64,000 bases of DNA from Promethearchaeota archaeon (GCA_014728035.1 WJMJ01000018.1:64001-128000), one strand, 5' to 3'; counted from the first letter of the stretch, positions 49,474 through 58,792 are shown. The notes: generated from the sequence alone by a model not told the origin. Program-made: numbers and translations.

Positions 49474-50499
49474 TCACCCCGTCTTCTCCCGCTGAGTCAT
49501 CAGCAATACACGAATTCCAAAGAATGTCATCACTACCCCAATAATTGTCATAAGAATGCCAATCAATAGAGTGGTGGTTTCGCCACCAATTCCAATAAAC
49601 CCAAGCTCTCCACCAATAGTTGCAAGGACAATACCTACTAGTCCAAGAATGGTCCAGAGGACTCTCTGGGCTTTAGTAATTGGTATCTCTCCTAAGACAA
49701 CTTTACCAGTCTTTCCATCGATGGCACACTTGTAGAGGTCGCCTTCGAATTTGTAACGTATCAGTGAAAAGGGTGCTTGCAGGTATGTTGTACCACTGAC
49801 ACTTGTCTGAGTTCTGCAGTCAAACAGTTCGGCCAAACCACTCTTGGCTTGACTTCGATGTCTGTCAGCAACTCTTCCGTGAACAGTGGACTCGAACTCT
49901 TCCTGTCCAATCTCAGCATTGAGCATGTCTGGTTCCAAATCCTTTATCGTATCATAATTGTACGGAATCGTCTTTGAAATGTCAATCTCATCAAGATATG
50001 CTTCCAGACCGTACAATCGAGCTCCTTTTCGAGCCAGCAATCGCTCATCCGTATTGCTGTGTATCTCGTCTTGTACTGGTACGTATCCTGTTTCGTAGTC
50101 CGTATAGGTCTCAGTACGGTAGTTTCCTTCAGAGTCTCGGACTCGTCGGGTCTTTTGTACTGGAACTTGCACGGTCTTGTAACCCTTATACCAGCTGTCT
50201 GCTTTAACTTTCGCTGTCCAGACCGGGACATAGATGAGTCGATTTTCGACCACCTCAGCGCCAGTGATAAGACTACTATTGATACCTTTGTTCTTATCTA
50301 GGAACTTGCGGAATGCCTCAAGACGTTTATCAGCGTCCACAGCTACTTCCATGAGGTGTTCTCCGATCTCCTTTCCATCGATTGAGGTAGTACTACCACA
50401 ATAGGAGCAGGTGATCACAACATCATCAGGTCCGATCTTGACATTTCCATTGCAAACAGGGCACTTGTACATATCTGGTGCCTGTGCTTCAGATGCCAT
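49474..50499 (-). CDS. Zn-ribbon membrane protein, YdjG-like (tandem paralog)
   Basis: CPVC...CSYC, YVPVW, IDGKTGKV..GE.P and two C-terminal TMs; GGAG SD before ATG 50499. Confidence 0.75.
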   Translation of the reverse strand: MASEAQAPDMYKCPVCNGNVKIGPDDVVITCSYCGSTTSIDGKEIGEHLMEVAVDADKRLEAFRKFLDKNKGINSSLITGAEVVENRLIYVPVWTAKVKADSWYKGYKTVQVPVQKTRRVRDSEGNYRTETYTDYETGYVPVQDEIHSNTDERLLARKGARLYGLEAYLDEIDISKTIPYNYDTIKDLEPDMLNAEIGQEEFESTVHGRVADRHRSQAKSGLAELFDCRTQTSVSGTTYLQAPFSLIRYKFEGDLYKCAIDGKTGKVVLGEIPITKAQRVLWTILGLVGIVLATIGGELGFIGIGGETTTLLIGILMTIIGVVMTFFGIRVLLMTQREKTG

Positions 50500-50667
50500 C
50501 GTCAAGTCTCCATTATCAATAACTGACAAATCAGTGTGGAGAGTTCTATTTAGCCTTACGGTGATATAGTAACGAGAGATATCTAATCTTGCGATGGTGT
50601 CTTTTAATCAAATCTACAAATCCGTTTCAACACAAAATTACTAAACCTATTTTTCAAAGAGGTAGGT

Positions 50668-53600
50668 ATGTCCCAAACCTATCAGAAGCAATTGGAAAGC
50701 ATAAAAAAAATCCTCAAAGATAATCCACGAGGAATGACGATAATTGATGTTTCAAGAAGTATTGGAATGAATAGGAATACTGTGGCTCGCTACCTTGATG
50801 TGCTACTGATTTCAGGGCAGGTAGAGATGAAAACATTCGGGTCAGCAAAGGTTTTCTTTCCCTCACACCGTGTTCCAGTATCAGCATTACTGGATTTTTC
50901 ATCTGATGCTATTGTTGTTGTAGATAGGAAACTGAAAATTCTTCAGATAAACGAAAATTTTCTCAACCTTATCCAGATGAAGAGAGAAAAAGTTGAAGGA
51001 AATTATCTGACTGAAATCAAATCACCTCTTTTCAGGTTGTCTAATATTGTTGATAGAATCAATGAAACTTTCGAAAGTGAAACAGGTCCAGAGCAATCAT
51101 TCGAAATTTCCAGTGGGAATCAATTCTTCCTAGTTAAAACCATTCCAACCTCCTTTGATACAGGCAGTGACGGTGTTACAGTATTATTTGAAGATATTAC
51201 AGAGCAAAAGAGAGCAGAAGAAGATTTACGAAAAAGCGAGGAGAAATACAGAACTCTTGCAGACGAATCACCTGTGGGTATCGTCATCTTCTCTGGAAAC
51301 GATATCAAATATGTTAATTCATCATTCAGTGATATAGTTGGAAGAAATATCGATGAAATCCAGTTGTTAGGAATTAGAGAAACCCTGAAATTCATTGATA
51401 AACGTGACAGATCCAGAATACTAAGAAGAATCGAGTCCACTACCATTTCACAAGATATGGCCCTTGTAAGAGTAAATAGACCGGATGGAGATATTAGATG
51501 GATTGAAGCTCGAAGCAATAGTATAGAGTATGAAGGAGAAAGTGCAATCCAAGTACTAGTCACAGATGCTACCGATAGAATGAGAGCACAGGCAGCTATG
51601 CAAGAAAGCGAGAATAGACTACGGATAGTTGTTGAATCTATGTCTGATATGGTTTTTGTATTAGACAAGGAAGATAGATACCTAGAATATTATTCTTCAG
51701 AGGATTCTGAATTATACATCGAACCAAAATCATTCATAGGAAAGCACATATCTCAAGTAATACCTGCTAATGTCTACAAGCCCTATTTAGAAATAGCAGC
51801 AGAGGTAAGAAGGACAGGAAAAGGCAAACAATTCGATTACGAGATGGAAGTAAATGGAAATAATTATTGGTTCTCGTGTGTCCTTACCAGAGCTGAGGAT
51901 GCGGAGAGCATAATTGCCTCTGTAAGAAATGTTACAGAAAGAAAACACGCTGAACAAAATCTTAAACACTTGATTGAAACAAAACAAGAACTAGAATCTA
52001 TTATCAACAGTGGGCCAGTGATACTTGTTTCATTACGGTTGGATGACAACCTTTCAGTTGAGATTGTTACTGATAATATTGAGCAAATGGGTTATAGTTC
52101 AAATCAGTTTGTTTCAGGTAAGATGGACTGGATTGAAATTGTATATCCAGATGATTATGAACAGATGAGGATTGAACTTGAACAGAATAAAGACAATACC
52201 GATGAATTCGTTCAAGAATACCGAATCATAACAAATGGACAAGGGATAAGATGGATATCGGCCAACTCAAGATTTCTACTGGATACTGATAACAAAGTAA
52301 ATCGAGTTCAATGTATTATCCAAGATATAACCGATCAAAAGGAAGCAATGCAAGCATTAGAAGAGAGCGAAAAGAAATATCGGACCTTGGTTGAGGAGTC
52401 TCTGCAAGGGATAGTGGTTATCCAAAACGGAAGAGTGGTATTTGCTAATGATGCCTATTGTCGTATTGCTGGAGTTGAATGCACAGCCCTCTATGAAATG
52501 GATGAGAATGAAGTTTGGAGCATAATTCATCCTGAAGATGTGAAGCAGATAACGAAACGAAATGAGATTCGAGAAAAAGGAGGATATGTAAATCCATTCT
52601 TTGCATTTCGATATCTGCACAAAGACGGTAACATTCGATATGTAGAATCATATTCAAGTGTTATTGATTATGGTGGTGATCCTGCACTTCAGATTCTAAT
52701 CATTGATGTTACTTCACAAACTGAAGCTGAAGCTGCACTTCGAGAATCGGAAGTAAAATACCGTTCTCTAGCAGAAACATCTTTGCATGGAATTATTATT
52801 TTGGATGAAAAGAAGCCTGTCTATATGAATAATGCATTTTTAGAGATAGTTGGATTAAAGAGAGATGAACTACTAGAGGAGGATTTTGGAGGTATTAAAG
52901 CAATTGTCCATCCTGACGATTATGATGAAAGACTGGAGAGGTATGAAAAATGGATTGATGGTGCCAATATTTCTGCAACCTCAGAGTTCAGATTTGTACG
53001 ATCAAACGGAGAGGTAAGATATGTCAAAACCTACCTCTCAAGTATAGAAACCAACGAATCCAAGTATTTGCAGGTTCAGCTCCTAGATATTACTGACCAA
53101 AGACATGCTGAAATGAAATTTGAAAAGATTCGTACCATCAAAGAATCGCTTATGAATGCTATTGATGATTTCATGTTTCTCCTTGATGATGAATACAGAA
53201 TAGTCGAAATCAATCCTGCAGTTACAAACACTCTAGGGTACACCTTAGAAGATATCCTAAATGTACCCATTTCCGAACTTATAATGAGAAAGAAAGATTT
53301 CTCAGAATTTTCAAGAATGGTTGGGGATGGTACAGTTGAAAAATCTGTGATTCAAATTAAGAACAAATCTGAAGAAGAAATACCTGTAGAAGCTAAGTTC
53401 GAATCTATAACTCTTGATGCCTCCACAATAATATTAGTGCTTGCGAAGGACATCAGGGAAAAACTGCAAACTGAGAGATTAATGAATTTGCAGCGAGAGG
53501 TTGGATTCAAGCTGAGTTCTACTTCAGATTTAGACATAGCTCTAAATCATGTTGTTGACTCACTTCTTAGTATTGATGGAATAGATTCTGCGGGTATCTA

Positions 53601-53958
53601 TCTAACACGTTTTGATGAGGAAATATTTGAACTTTACACATCTCGAAACTTATCAAAAAGCTTCTTGAAAGAGATGACAAAGGTTGGATTCGATCATCCT
53701 TATTCAAAAGTAATACTTGCTGGAAAACAAAATTCATACCACTTCTCAGGGGATCAATTAACAGAAAAAATAAGAGAAGAAGGATTTGTAAGTACCTATT
53801 CGATACCAATAACTCTTGTCGGAAAAATAATTGCTGTAGTAAACTTAGCATCAAAAGAAAAAGTGAAAATTCACGAGTCTTCAATGAAGAGCATCGAGTC
53901 TATAGCTAATATTGCCGGAGAGGTTATTCTCCGATTAAAAAGGGATAATCATTTTTAG
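50668..53958 (+). CDS. One-component regulator: winged HTH, 7 PAS/PAC, GAF (no kinase)
   Basis: N-terminal NPRGMTI..VSRSIGMNRNTVARYLD HTH; seven PAS repeats; C-terminal GAF (SIPI...GKIIAVVNL); no H-box or HATPase. Confidence 0.88.
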   Translation: MSQTYQKQLESIKKILKDNPRGMTIIDVSRSIGMNRNTVARYLDVLLISGQVEMKTFGSAKVFFPSHRVPVSALLDFSSDAIVVVDRKLKILQINENFLNLIQMKREKVEGNYLTEIKSPLFRLSNIVDRINETFESETGPEQSFEISSGNQFFLVKTIPTSFDTGSDGVTVLFEDITEQKRAEEDLRKSEEKYRTLADESPVGIVIFSGNDIKYVNSSFSDIVGRNIDEIQLLGIRETLKFIDKRDRSRILRRIESTTISQDMALVRVNRPDGDIRWIEARSNSIEYEGESAIQVLVTDATDRMRAQAAMQESENRLRIVVESMSDMVFVLDKEDRYLEYYSSEDSELYIEPKSFIGKHISQVIPANVYKPYLEIAAEVRRTGKGKQFDYEMEVNGNNYWFSCVLTRAEDAESIIASVRNVTERKHAEQNLKHLIETKQELESIINSGPVILVSLRLDDNLSVEIVTDNIEQMGYSSNQFVSGKMDWIEIVYPDDYEQMRIELEQNKDNTDEFVQEYRIITNGQGIRWISANSRFLLDTDNKVNRVQCIIQDITDQKEAMQALEESEKKYRTLVEESLQGIVVIQNGRVVFANDAYCRIAGVECTALYEMDENEVWSIIHPEDVKQITKRNEIREKGGYVNPFFAFRYLHKDGNIRYVESYSSVIDYGGDPALQILIIDVTSQTEAEAALRESEVKYRSLAETSLHGIIILDEKKPVYMNNAFLEIVGLKRDELLEEDFGGIKAIVHPDDYDERLERYEKWIDGANISATSEFRFVRSNGEVRYVKTYLSSIETNESKYLQVQLLDITDQRHAEMKFEKIRTIKESLMNAIDDFMFLLDDEYRIVEINPAVTNTLGYTLEDILNVPISELIMRKKDFSEFSRMVGDGTVEKSVIQIKNKSEEEIPVEAKFESITLDASTIILVLAKDIREKLQTERLMNLQREVGFKLSSTSDLDIALNHVVDSLLSIDGIDSAGIYLTRFDEEIFELYTSRNLSKSFLKEMTKVGFDHPYSKVILAGKQNSYHFSGDQLTEKIREEGFVSTYSIPITLVGKIIAVVNLASKEKVKIHESSMKSIESIANIAGEVILRLKRDNHF

Positions 53959-54021
53959 AATGAAATTTGCATAAATAGTTAGCAATGCCTTGCAGCTTTG
54001 CATAACATTCTGCACAATCAT

Positions 54022-54036
54022 CGAAGCATTTTATAA
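54022..54036 (+). promoter_or_regulatory. BRE plus TATA box with no downstream CDS
   Basis: CGAAGCA-TTTTATAA, about 25 nt upstream of a structured GC-richer segment. Confidence 0.55.
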
Positions 54037-54057
54037 GGCGTCTAAAGTGATAGAAGG

Positions 54058-54175
54058 TTAAGAACAGCAGCTGCGCAATCTGATGGTCCCTTAGGCACAC
54101 ACCAAAATCATCAGAAGTAGCTGTTCGTGACTTGCTCGCATCAAAGTGGTTCAGCCTCTCCGCTGGACCACACAC
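54058..54175 (+). ncRNA. Candidate stand-alone structured small RNA (about 115 nt)
   Basis: Long hairpin 54062-54126 and 10-bp hairpin 54146-54171 followed by ACA; G-U pairs form only on the + strand; own TATA box. Confidence 0.5.
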
Positions 54176-54230
54176 TATATTCTCAATAACTATCCAGCAC
54201 ATGAAATGAATTTTTCAAGCCTACTAAATC

Positions 54231-54263
54231 AGGTGAGATAACTATCGACCAAAAATCTCACCT
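54231..54263. repeat. 9-bp inverted repeat downstream of trpS (possible terminator or processing hairpin)
   Basis: AGGTGAGAT (54231-39) / ATCTCACCT (54255-63). Confidence 0.5.
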
Positions 54264-54272
54264 TAGAATAAC

Positions 54273-55418
54273 TCATTTTCGCACTAAATCCCGTAGCTTA
54301 TCCGCAGAGAACTCATGCAATCGTTCTTTTGCTTCCTCACGTGCAGCTTGATGGTTCTCAAGAAATTCCATCATTCTTGGTACTAGAATCTGTTTACATG
54401 CACCACAGAGAATCTCTCCACTCACACATTTCTTCCTAATATCAAGAAGTTCCTTATCATCAGGCATGAAAATGAAGGTGTAATACTTGAAAACAGAACA
54501 GATTTCCGGATTAGCTCCCAACTCTCGCTGTTCTTTGGCGGTTGTTCTTCCACCAGTGAAGGCAGCCATCACTTTCTTTTTAGCCTTCTTTGGAGAATCA
54601 GTAGTGTAGATGGCAGACATTGGGTCAGATGAAGACATTTTTCCGCCTTCTTGGAGACCTGGAACAAACTTATTCTGTATCGAAGCAGGTTTGTAGTATC
54701 CGATTTTTTCCGCGACATCTCGGGCAATTCTCCAGTAAGGATCCTGATCAATTGCACAAGGAATAACACATGGTGTCTTTGTCCCATGAATCCATGAGTG
54801 CAAGAAGGCGGGAACCGCTTGTAGTGATGGATAGAAGATCCCACCAATATTCATGCTATTTTCGAATCCAAATACTGCTCGAGCTGTTGAGAAAGTTACT
54901 CGTTTAGCAACCTTGACAGCTAATTCATACAAGAGGTCAATATGTTTGATATCATCAATAATGAATGTCTTCTCTGGGTCGAAACCTGTAGCTATAACAT
55001 CCAAAGCATTGTCTCGAGTCAGCTCATGGACTTTATCATACTTCATATCTTGATCAAACCAATACTTCTCATCGTTTGTGAGTTGGAAGTATAATGGCAC
55101 ATCGAATCGGTCTTGCATCCATTTTGTGAACATCCAAGGAACAAGATGACCGATATGGACATCTCCACTGGGACCACGCCCTGTATAGAGAACGAATCTA
55201 TTTCCTTTCTCATACTCCTTCAGGACCCAATCGAAATCTCGATGTGAAAAGAACATTTCCCTATCTAGTAGGATATGACTTTCACCAGCTATCTTCTTGA
55301 TTTTGTTTCGCAATTCTTCATCGATTAGTTCTGTTCCAAATTCCTCGACTAATCGTTCATAATCAATTGTACCCTTGACTTCCCAAGGAGTGACCAGCAT
55401 CTCATCTTCGTTAGTCAT
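54273..55418 (-). CDS. trpS: Tryptophan--tRNA ligase (archaeal/eukaryotic type)
   Basis: VTPWEV, YTGRGPS...HIGH, CAIDQDPY, KMSSS and CGACK motifs. Confidence 0.97.
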   Translation of the reverse strand: MTNEDEMLVTPWEVKGTIDYERLVEEFGTELIDEELRNKIKKIAGESHILLDREMFFSHRDFDWVLKEYEKGNRFVLYTGRGPSGDVHIGHLVPWMFTKWMQDRFDVPLYFQLTNDEKYWFDQDMKYDKVHELTRDNALDVIATGFDPEKTFIIDDIKHIDLLYELAVKVAKRVTFSTARAVFGFENSMNIGGIFYPSLQAVPAFLHSWIHGTKTPCVIPCAIDQDPYWRIARDVAEKIGYYKPASIQNKFVPGLQEGGKMSSSDPMSAIYTTDSPKKAKKKVMAAFTGGRTTAKEQRELGANPEICSVFKYYTFIFMPDDKELLDIRKKCVSGEILCGACKQILVPRMMEFLENHQAAREEAKERLHEFSADKLRDLVRK

Positions 55419-55586
55419 AGATGTTCACCTAGGTGTATTTTCGATTCAGATAGGCATATCAATTAAGCATGATGGTGCTGCAGAAGAACACCGAGTTGTG
55501 ACGTATCCAACTAGTTTAAGAGGCATAATTCACAAGAAGACAGCTACCTAAGTTATGAGTTCATTCACAAAAGCAGGTGGCAAATT

Positions 55587-55829
55587 GTGCGTATTGATGA
55601 ATTCGAGTTTGAAGAAGAAAAGACTCTCAGCACCGTTGCTGAGCTACTTGAGAAAATGGCGAAAGAGATCCGAGATGGAGACAGATTGGAGCTTCCTATG
55701 CCGAGTCTTAAAGAAGGCGTAATTAAACTACCATTGGGTGAACCAATCGAGACTAGTATTGAGGTAAATATAAGAAAGAAAGCAATTCGACTCAATCTGG
55801 TCATGCGATGGAACGCAAAAGAAGACTAA
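55587..55829 (+). CDS. Amphi-Trp domain protein
   Basis: VAELLEKMAKEIRDG amphipathic helix...IE...L.L.MRW with near-terminal Trp; AGGTGG SD. Confidence 0.75.
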   Translation: MRIDEFEFEEEKTLSTVAELLEKMAKEIRDGDRLELPMPSLKEGVIKLPLGEPIETSIEVNIRKKAIRLNLVMRWNAKED

Positions 55830-55840
55830 GAGGTTTTGTG

Positions 55841-56461
55841 ATGAGTAAAGATAATGCTGACAGAGAAACCATAATCAAAGGATTATCAGAGATAGGAGGA
55901 TTCCTAGTTCAAGTAGCTTCTGCAGTCGATACAGAGCTAAGTTGTCCGACAAGATGTACTAATTCTGAATGGGATGAAGTTCGGAAAAAGACCATTAAAC
56001 ACCTCCAGAAACTTATTCCGAAATACTCTATGTCATTACACTTGCCAAAAGATGAGATGGGAATCAGTGCCCAAGCAGCTATTGCAAGCCTGATGAAGAT
56101 ACAATATGCGTATACTCACATCATTATTATGTTAGATATGATTAGAGGGGACGATTTCAGAGAAGTCTACATGGATTCACTTGTGGAAATCTCTAAAAAA
56201 GTGTATGACTCTATCCTTGCATTCCATACTGCAGTTTTGGATTATGATGGAACACAAAAATCGATAGAAAATGGCCTTGAGATAGTAAAGAAATTAGAAC
56301 GAGAGGTAGACGAAGAGAACATAATAATCTGTCGTCAAATTTCTGTTGCTACCGGTGGCGAATCAGGCTTCATATCATATATAATGAGAAAGATAGTTGG
56401 TGAACTTGAACACATCACAGATTATCTTGAAGATGTTATGGAAATAATCGACGACCTTTAG
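55841..56461 (+). CDS. PhoU/DUF47-like helical-bundle protein
   Basis: VKKLEREVDEE and LEHITDYLEDV acidic metal-binding repeats typical of PhoU/DUF47. Confidence 0.65.
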   Translation: MSKDNADRETIIKGLSEIGGFLVQVASAVDTELSCPTRCTNSEWDEVRKKTIKHLQKLIPKYSMSLHLPKDEMGISAQAAIASLMKIQYAYTHIIIMLDMIRGDDFREVYMDSLVEISKKVYDSILAFHTAVLDYDGTQKSIENGLEIVKKLEREVDEENIIICRQISVATGGESGFISYIMRKIVGELEHITDYLEDVMEIIDDL

Positions 56462-56471
56462 GTGAGTAGGA

Positions 56472-58139
56472 GTGGCAGCAGAACAGTACCTAATTGTAGG
56501 TGTTTTAATAATTGGTACAGCTCTAGCAAAAATATCTGAGAAATACCGTCTTCCATATCCCATTCCATTGATTATTGCCGGAATGGTTCTGGCTCAGGCA
56601 TTACCAGGAGAAGGAATTCCTGAAGCTTTAGGGCTAGAATTCATCGCACAGTTGACACTTGCAACTGTATTGTTCTATGCGGGCCTTACCATGAATTTGC
56701 GAGAGCTTAGACTGTCACTTCCTGTTGTAGCTGCACTCGCTAGTGTAGGAGTACTAGCCACTTCAATCATTGCAGGCGGAGCAATTTTCTTGGCTTTCTC
56801 TGGAATCGGACTTGCAGCTTTCTTAATTGGAGCTATTCTTTCTCCTACGGACCCTGCAGCTCTGTTTTCAGTTCTTGAGTCTGGAGGGGTGAGAGTGAAA
56901 AGGAAGATTTACTCTATTTTGGAAGGTGAAGCAGTATTCAATGATGCAACTTCTGTTATCTTGGTAATTACTGTCTTCGAGCCGATTGTAGCTGTAAATC
57001 TGATTGGAGACCCCAGCCTTGCTCAACCATGGTGGATTATCCTAGGGCAATTTGTAGGAAGTATAGTTTTTGGTGTTATCATTGCATATGGTATTGCACG
57101 CTTCATCGGAATGGTAATTCTTCGTGATGCAGATCCAACTAACATCGCAATTCTTACTGCAGCAACACCAATTCTAGCTTATGGTACTGGAGAACTGCTA
57201 ACCTTTCTAGGATTCCATCCAGGAGCTATGGCTGCAGTATTTACTGGAATCTTCATGGCAAACGCAAAAATGGTCGGTCTAGATGTATTACCTCAACAGT
57301 CAATGCGAAATACCACTAAGAATGTATCATTTGCATTTGAAATTGTAGTCTTCATTCTTTTGGGTTATACTGTCAATCTAAGTTTTATCACAGGAGTATT
57401 TGCAGGTACACAGGTTCCTGTTCTCCTAGTAGGTTCAGTCGTGGCAATTTTGGTCATCTTCGTGGCAAGACCAATCTCAGTGTTTTTGATTACCGCACCA
57501 GATAGAAAAATGACTTGGAAAGATAGATTCTTTATTAGCTGGGCAGGAGTAAAGGGAGTTGCAAGCGCAGCTCTAGCTGCCATTGCAGTTTCTGTATTAG
57601 TGCATACTATTCCTGAAGGAACACCACAGGTGATAATAGACCAAGTAACAACAGCTGCAGATACTATTACTGGAATCGTGTTTATTGTCTTAATGATTAG
57701 TCTAGTGCTACAAGGAATTACAGCTCCACTATTCGCAAAGAAACTAGGTCTCGAAGAAGAACAGGATGCCTTTGATGAAATCTCTGCAAAGCGAAATGCC
57801 ACAAGGCATGCACTACTAAGACTGGTAGATGAATATACAGAAGGGAAAGTTGATTCTGAATTATACAGAATTCTCAAAGCAGAACTGGAAGAAGAGATTT
57901 TCCAATTGGAAGACGAACTAAGAAAAATGGTTCAGGAAAAACGAGCCCGTCTAATGGAAATCTCTATTCGTGAAGAGATTTGCAAAAGCAAGTTGTCATA
58001 CTATGAAGAACAGTATGAGAAGGGAAAGATACCTGAAACTGTCTATGATGACAGAAAAGACGAGATTGAAGCAGAGATCAATGAACTCTCTGTTATGCGG
58101 AAACACTGCGCCGAGGGAAAAATAGATCCCATCGATTAG
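56472..58139 (+). CDS. CPA1 (NhaP-type) cation/H+ antiporter with a cytoplasmic coiled-coil / SHOCT-like tail
   Basis: GAILSPTDPAA, LEGEAVFND, ARP and WAGVKG motifs; tail with two G(K)(V/I)xxxxY repeats. Confidence 0.9.
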   Translation: MAAEQYLIVGVLIIGTALAKISEKYRLPYPIPLIIAGMVLAQALPGEGIPEALGLEFIAQLTLATVLFYAGLTMNLRELRLSLPVVAALASVGVLATSIIAGGAIFLAFSGIGLAAFLIGAILSPTDPAALFSVLESGGVRVKRKIYSILEGEAVFNDATSVILVITVFEPIVAVNLIGDPSLAQPWWIILGQFVGSIVFGVIIAYGIARFIGMVILRDADPTNIAILTAATPILAYGTGELLTFLGFHPGAMAAVFTGIFMANAKMVGLDVLPQQSMRNTTKNVSFAFEIVVFILLGYTVNLSFITGVFAGTQVPVLLVGSVVAILVIFVARPISVFLITAPDRKMTWKDRFFISWAGVKGVASAALAAIAVSVLVHTIPEGTPQVIIDQVTTAADTITGIVFIVLMISLVLQGITAPLFAKKLGLEEEQDAFDEISAKRNATRHALLRLVDEYTEGKVDSELYRILKAELEEEIFQLEDELRKMVQEKRARLMEISIREEICKSKLSYYEEQYEKGKIPETVYDDRKDEIEAEINELSVMRKHCAEGKIDPID

Positions 58140-58792
58140 TAAGAGGCTTTCTTGTAAATATCAGGTATACGAATGCCAGTCTTGCCATTGAATACATCAC
58201 GTAAGAGTTCAAAGTGCTCATCCAAATCTTTTAGGAGTTTTTCCAGAGCATTTGGTTCGATATTCGGTTCTGCAGTCCAGATGGTGAGATAATTACTCAC
58301 AACACCAAGCTCGACACCACCTTCTTCTAAGTCTCTGAAAATGGTAATCTTAACTAGGAACTCTGCTTCGAACATATCCAATACTTCATGAACACTTATG
58401 ATAATCAAGTCAAGAAATCCAATAAGATCTTCAAGTACTGGAGATTCTTCTATACTTCCCCGAAGTGATTCTGTAAAGGTCTGAATGGTAGAAGCTCGTT
58501 GCTTAAGAGTTTCAAACATCCTCATCAATTTTGAGAATTCTTTGATTGAAGATTCAAGCGCTGGTACCAATTTGTCAAATAAATTCACAAGGAGTTTACC
58601 ACGAGCATTTTCACGGATATTGTGATATCCATCGAGTTTGCCCAAGGGGCCATCAAGATGTTCAATCTGAACTAGAGTGTTTGTTACGGCTTGTACTGAC
58701 TTGACTGAGCTCCGTTGAATTTTTGACCAACGTTCGACAAAAGTGTCGATACCTTCACGCAAGTCTTCAAGTATTTCTAACTCTCTGGCCAA
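58136..58792 (-). CDS. CINP/C1orf109-like helical protein (eukaryotic signature-like)
   Basis: ERWSKIQ...N, then VHEVLDMFEAEFLVKITIFRDL...SNYLTIWTAEPNIE, matching the CINP C-terminal pattern M(Y/F)xxExxxK...YLxxWxxxP; TTG start with GGAG SD. Confidence 0.6.
   Translation of the reverse strand: MARELEILEDLREGIDTFVERWSKIQRSSVKSVQAVTNTLVQIEHLDGPLGKLDGYHNIRENARGKLLVNLFDKLVPALESSIKEFSKLMRMFETLKQRASTIQTFTESLRGSIEESPVLEDLIGFLDLIIISVHEVLDMFEAEFLVKITIFRDLEEGGVELGVVSNYLTIWTAEPNIEPNALEKLLKDLDEHFELLRDVFNGKTGIRIPDIYKKASY

Noticed and set aside
54058-54190. 5S rRNA, tRNA or SECIS identity for the structured segment
   Set aside because: No 5S loop C (CCGAAC) or strong terminal helix, no cloverleaf or TTCG T-loop, and no convincing AUGA/GA core with an adjacent UGA-containing gene.
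53924-54202. 92-aa minus-strand ORF (MCWIVIEN...)
   Set aside because: No SD, no recognisable motif, atypical composition and overlap with the PAS gene end; better explained as antisense to the candidate ncRNA.
55473-55513. Two small hairpins between trpS and the amphi-Trp gene (possible leader RNA)
   Set aside because: Stems of only 4-5 bp with no T-box or riboswitch motif; compatible with chance.
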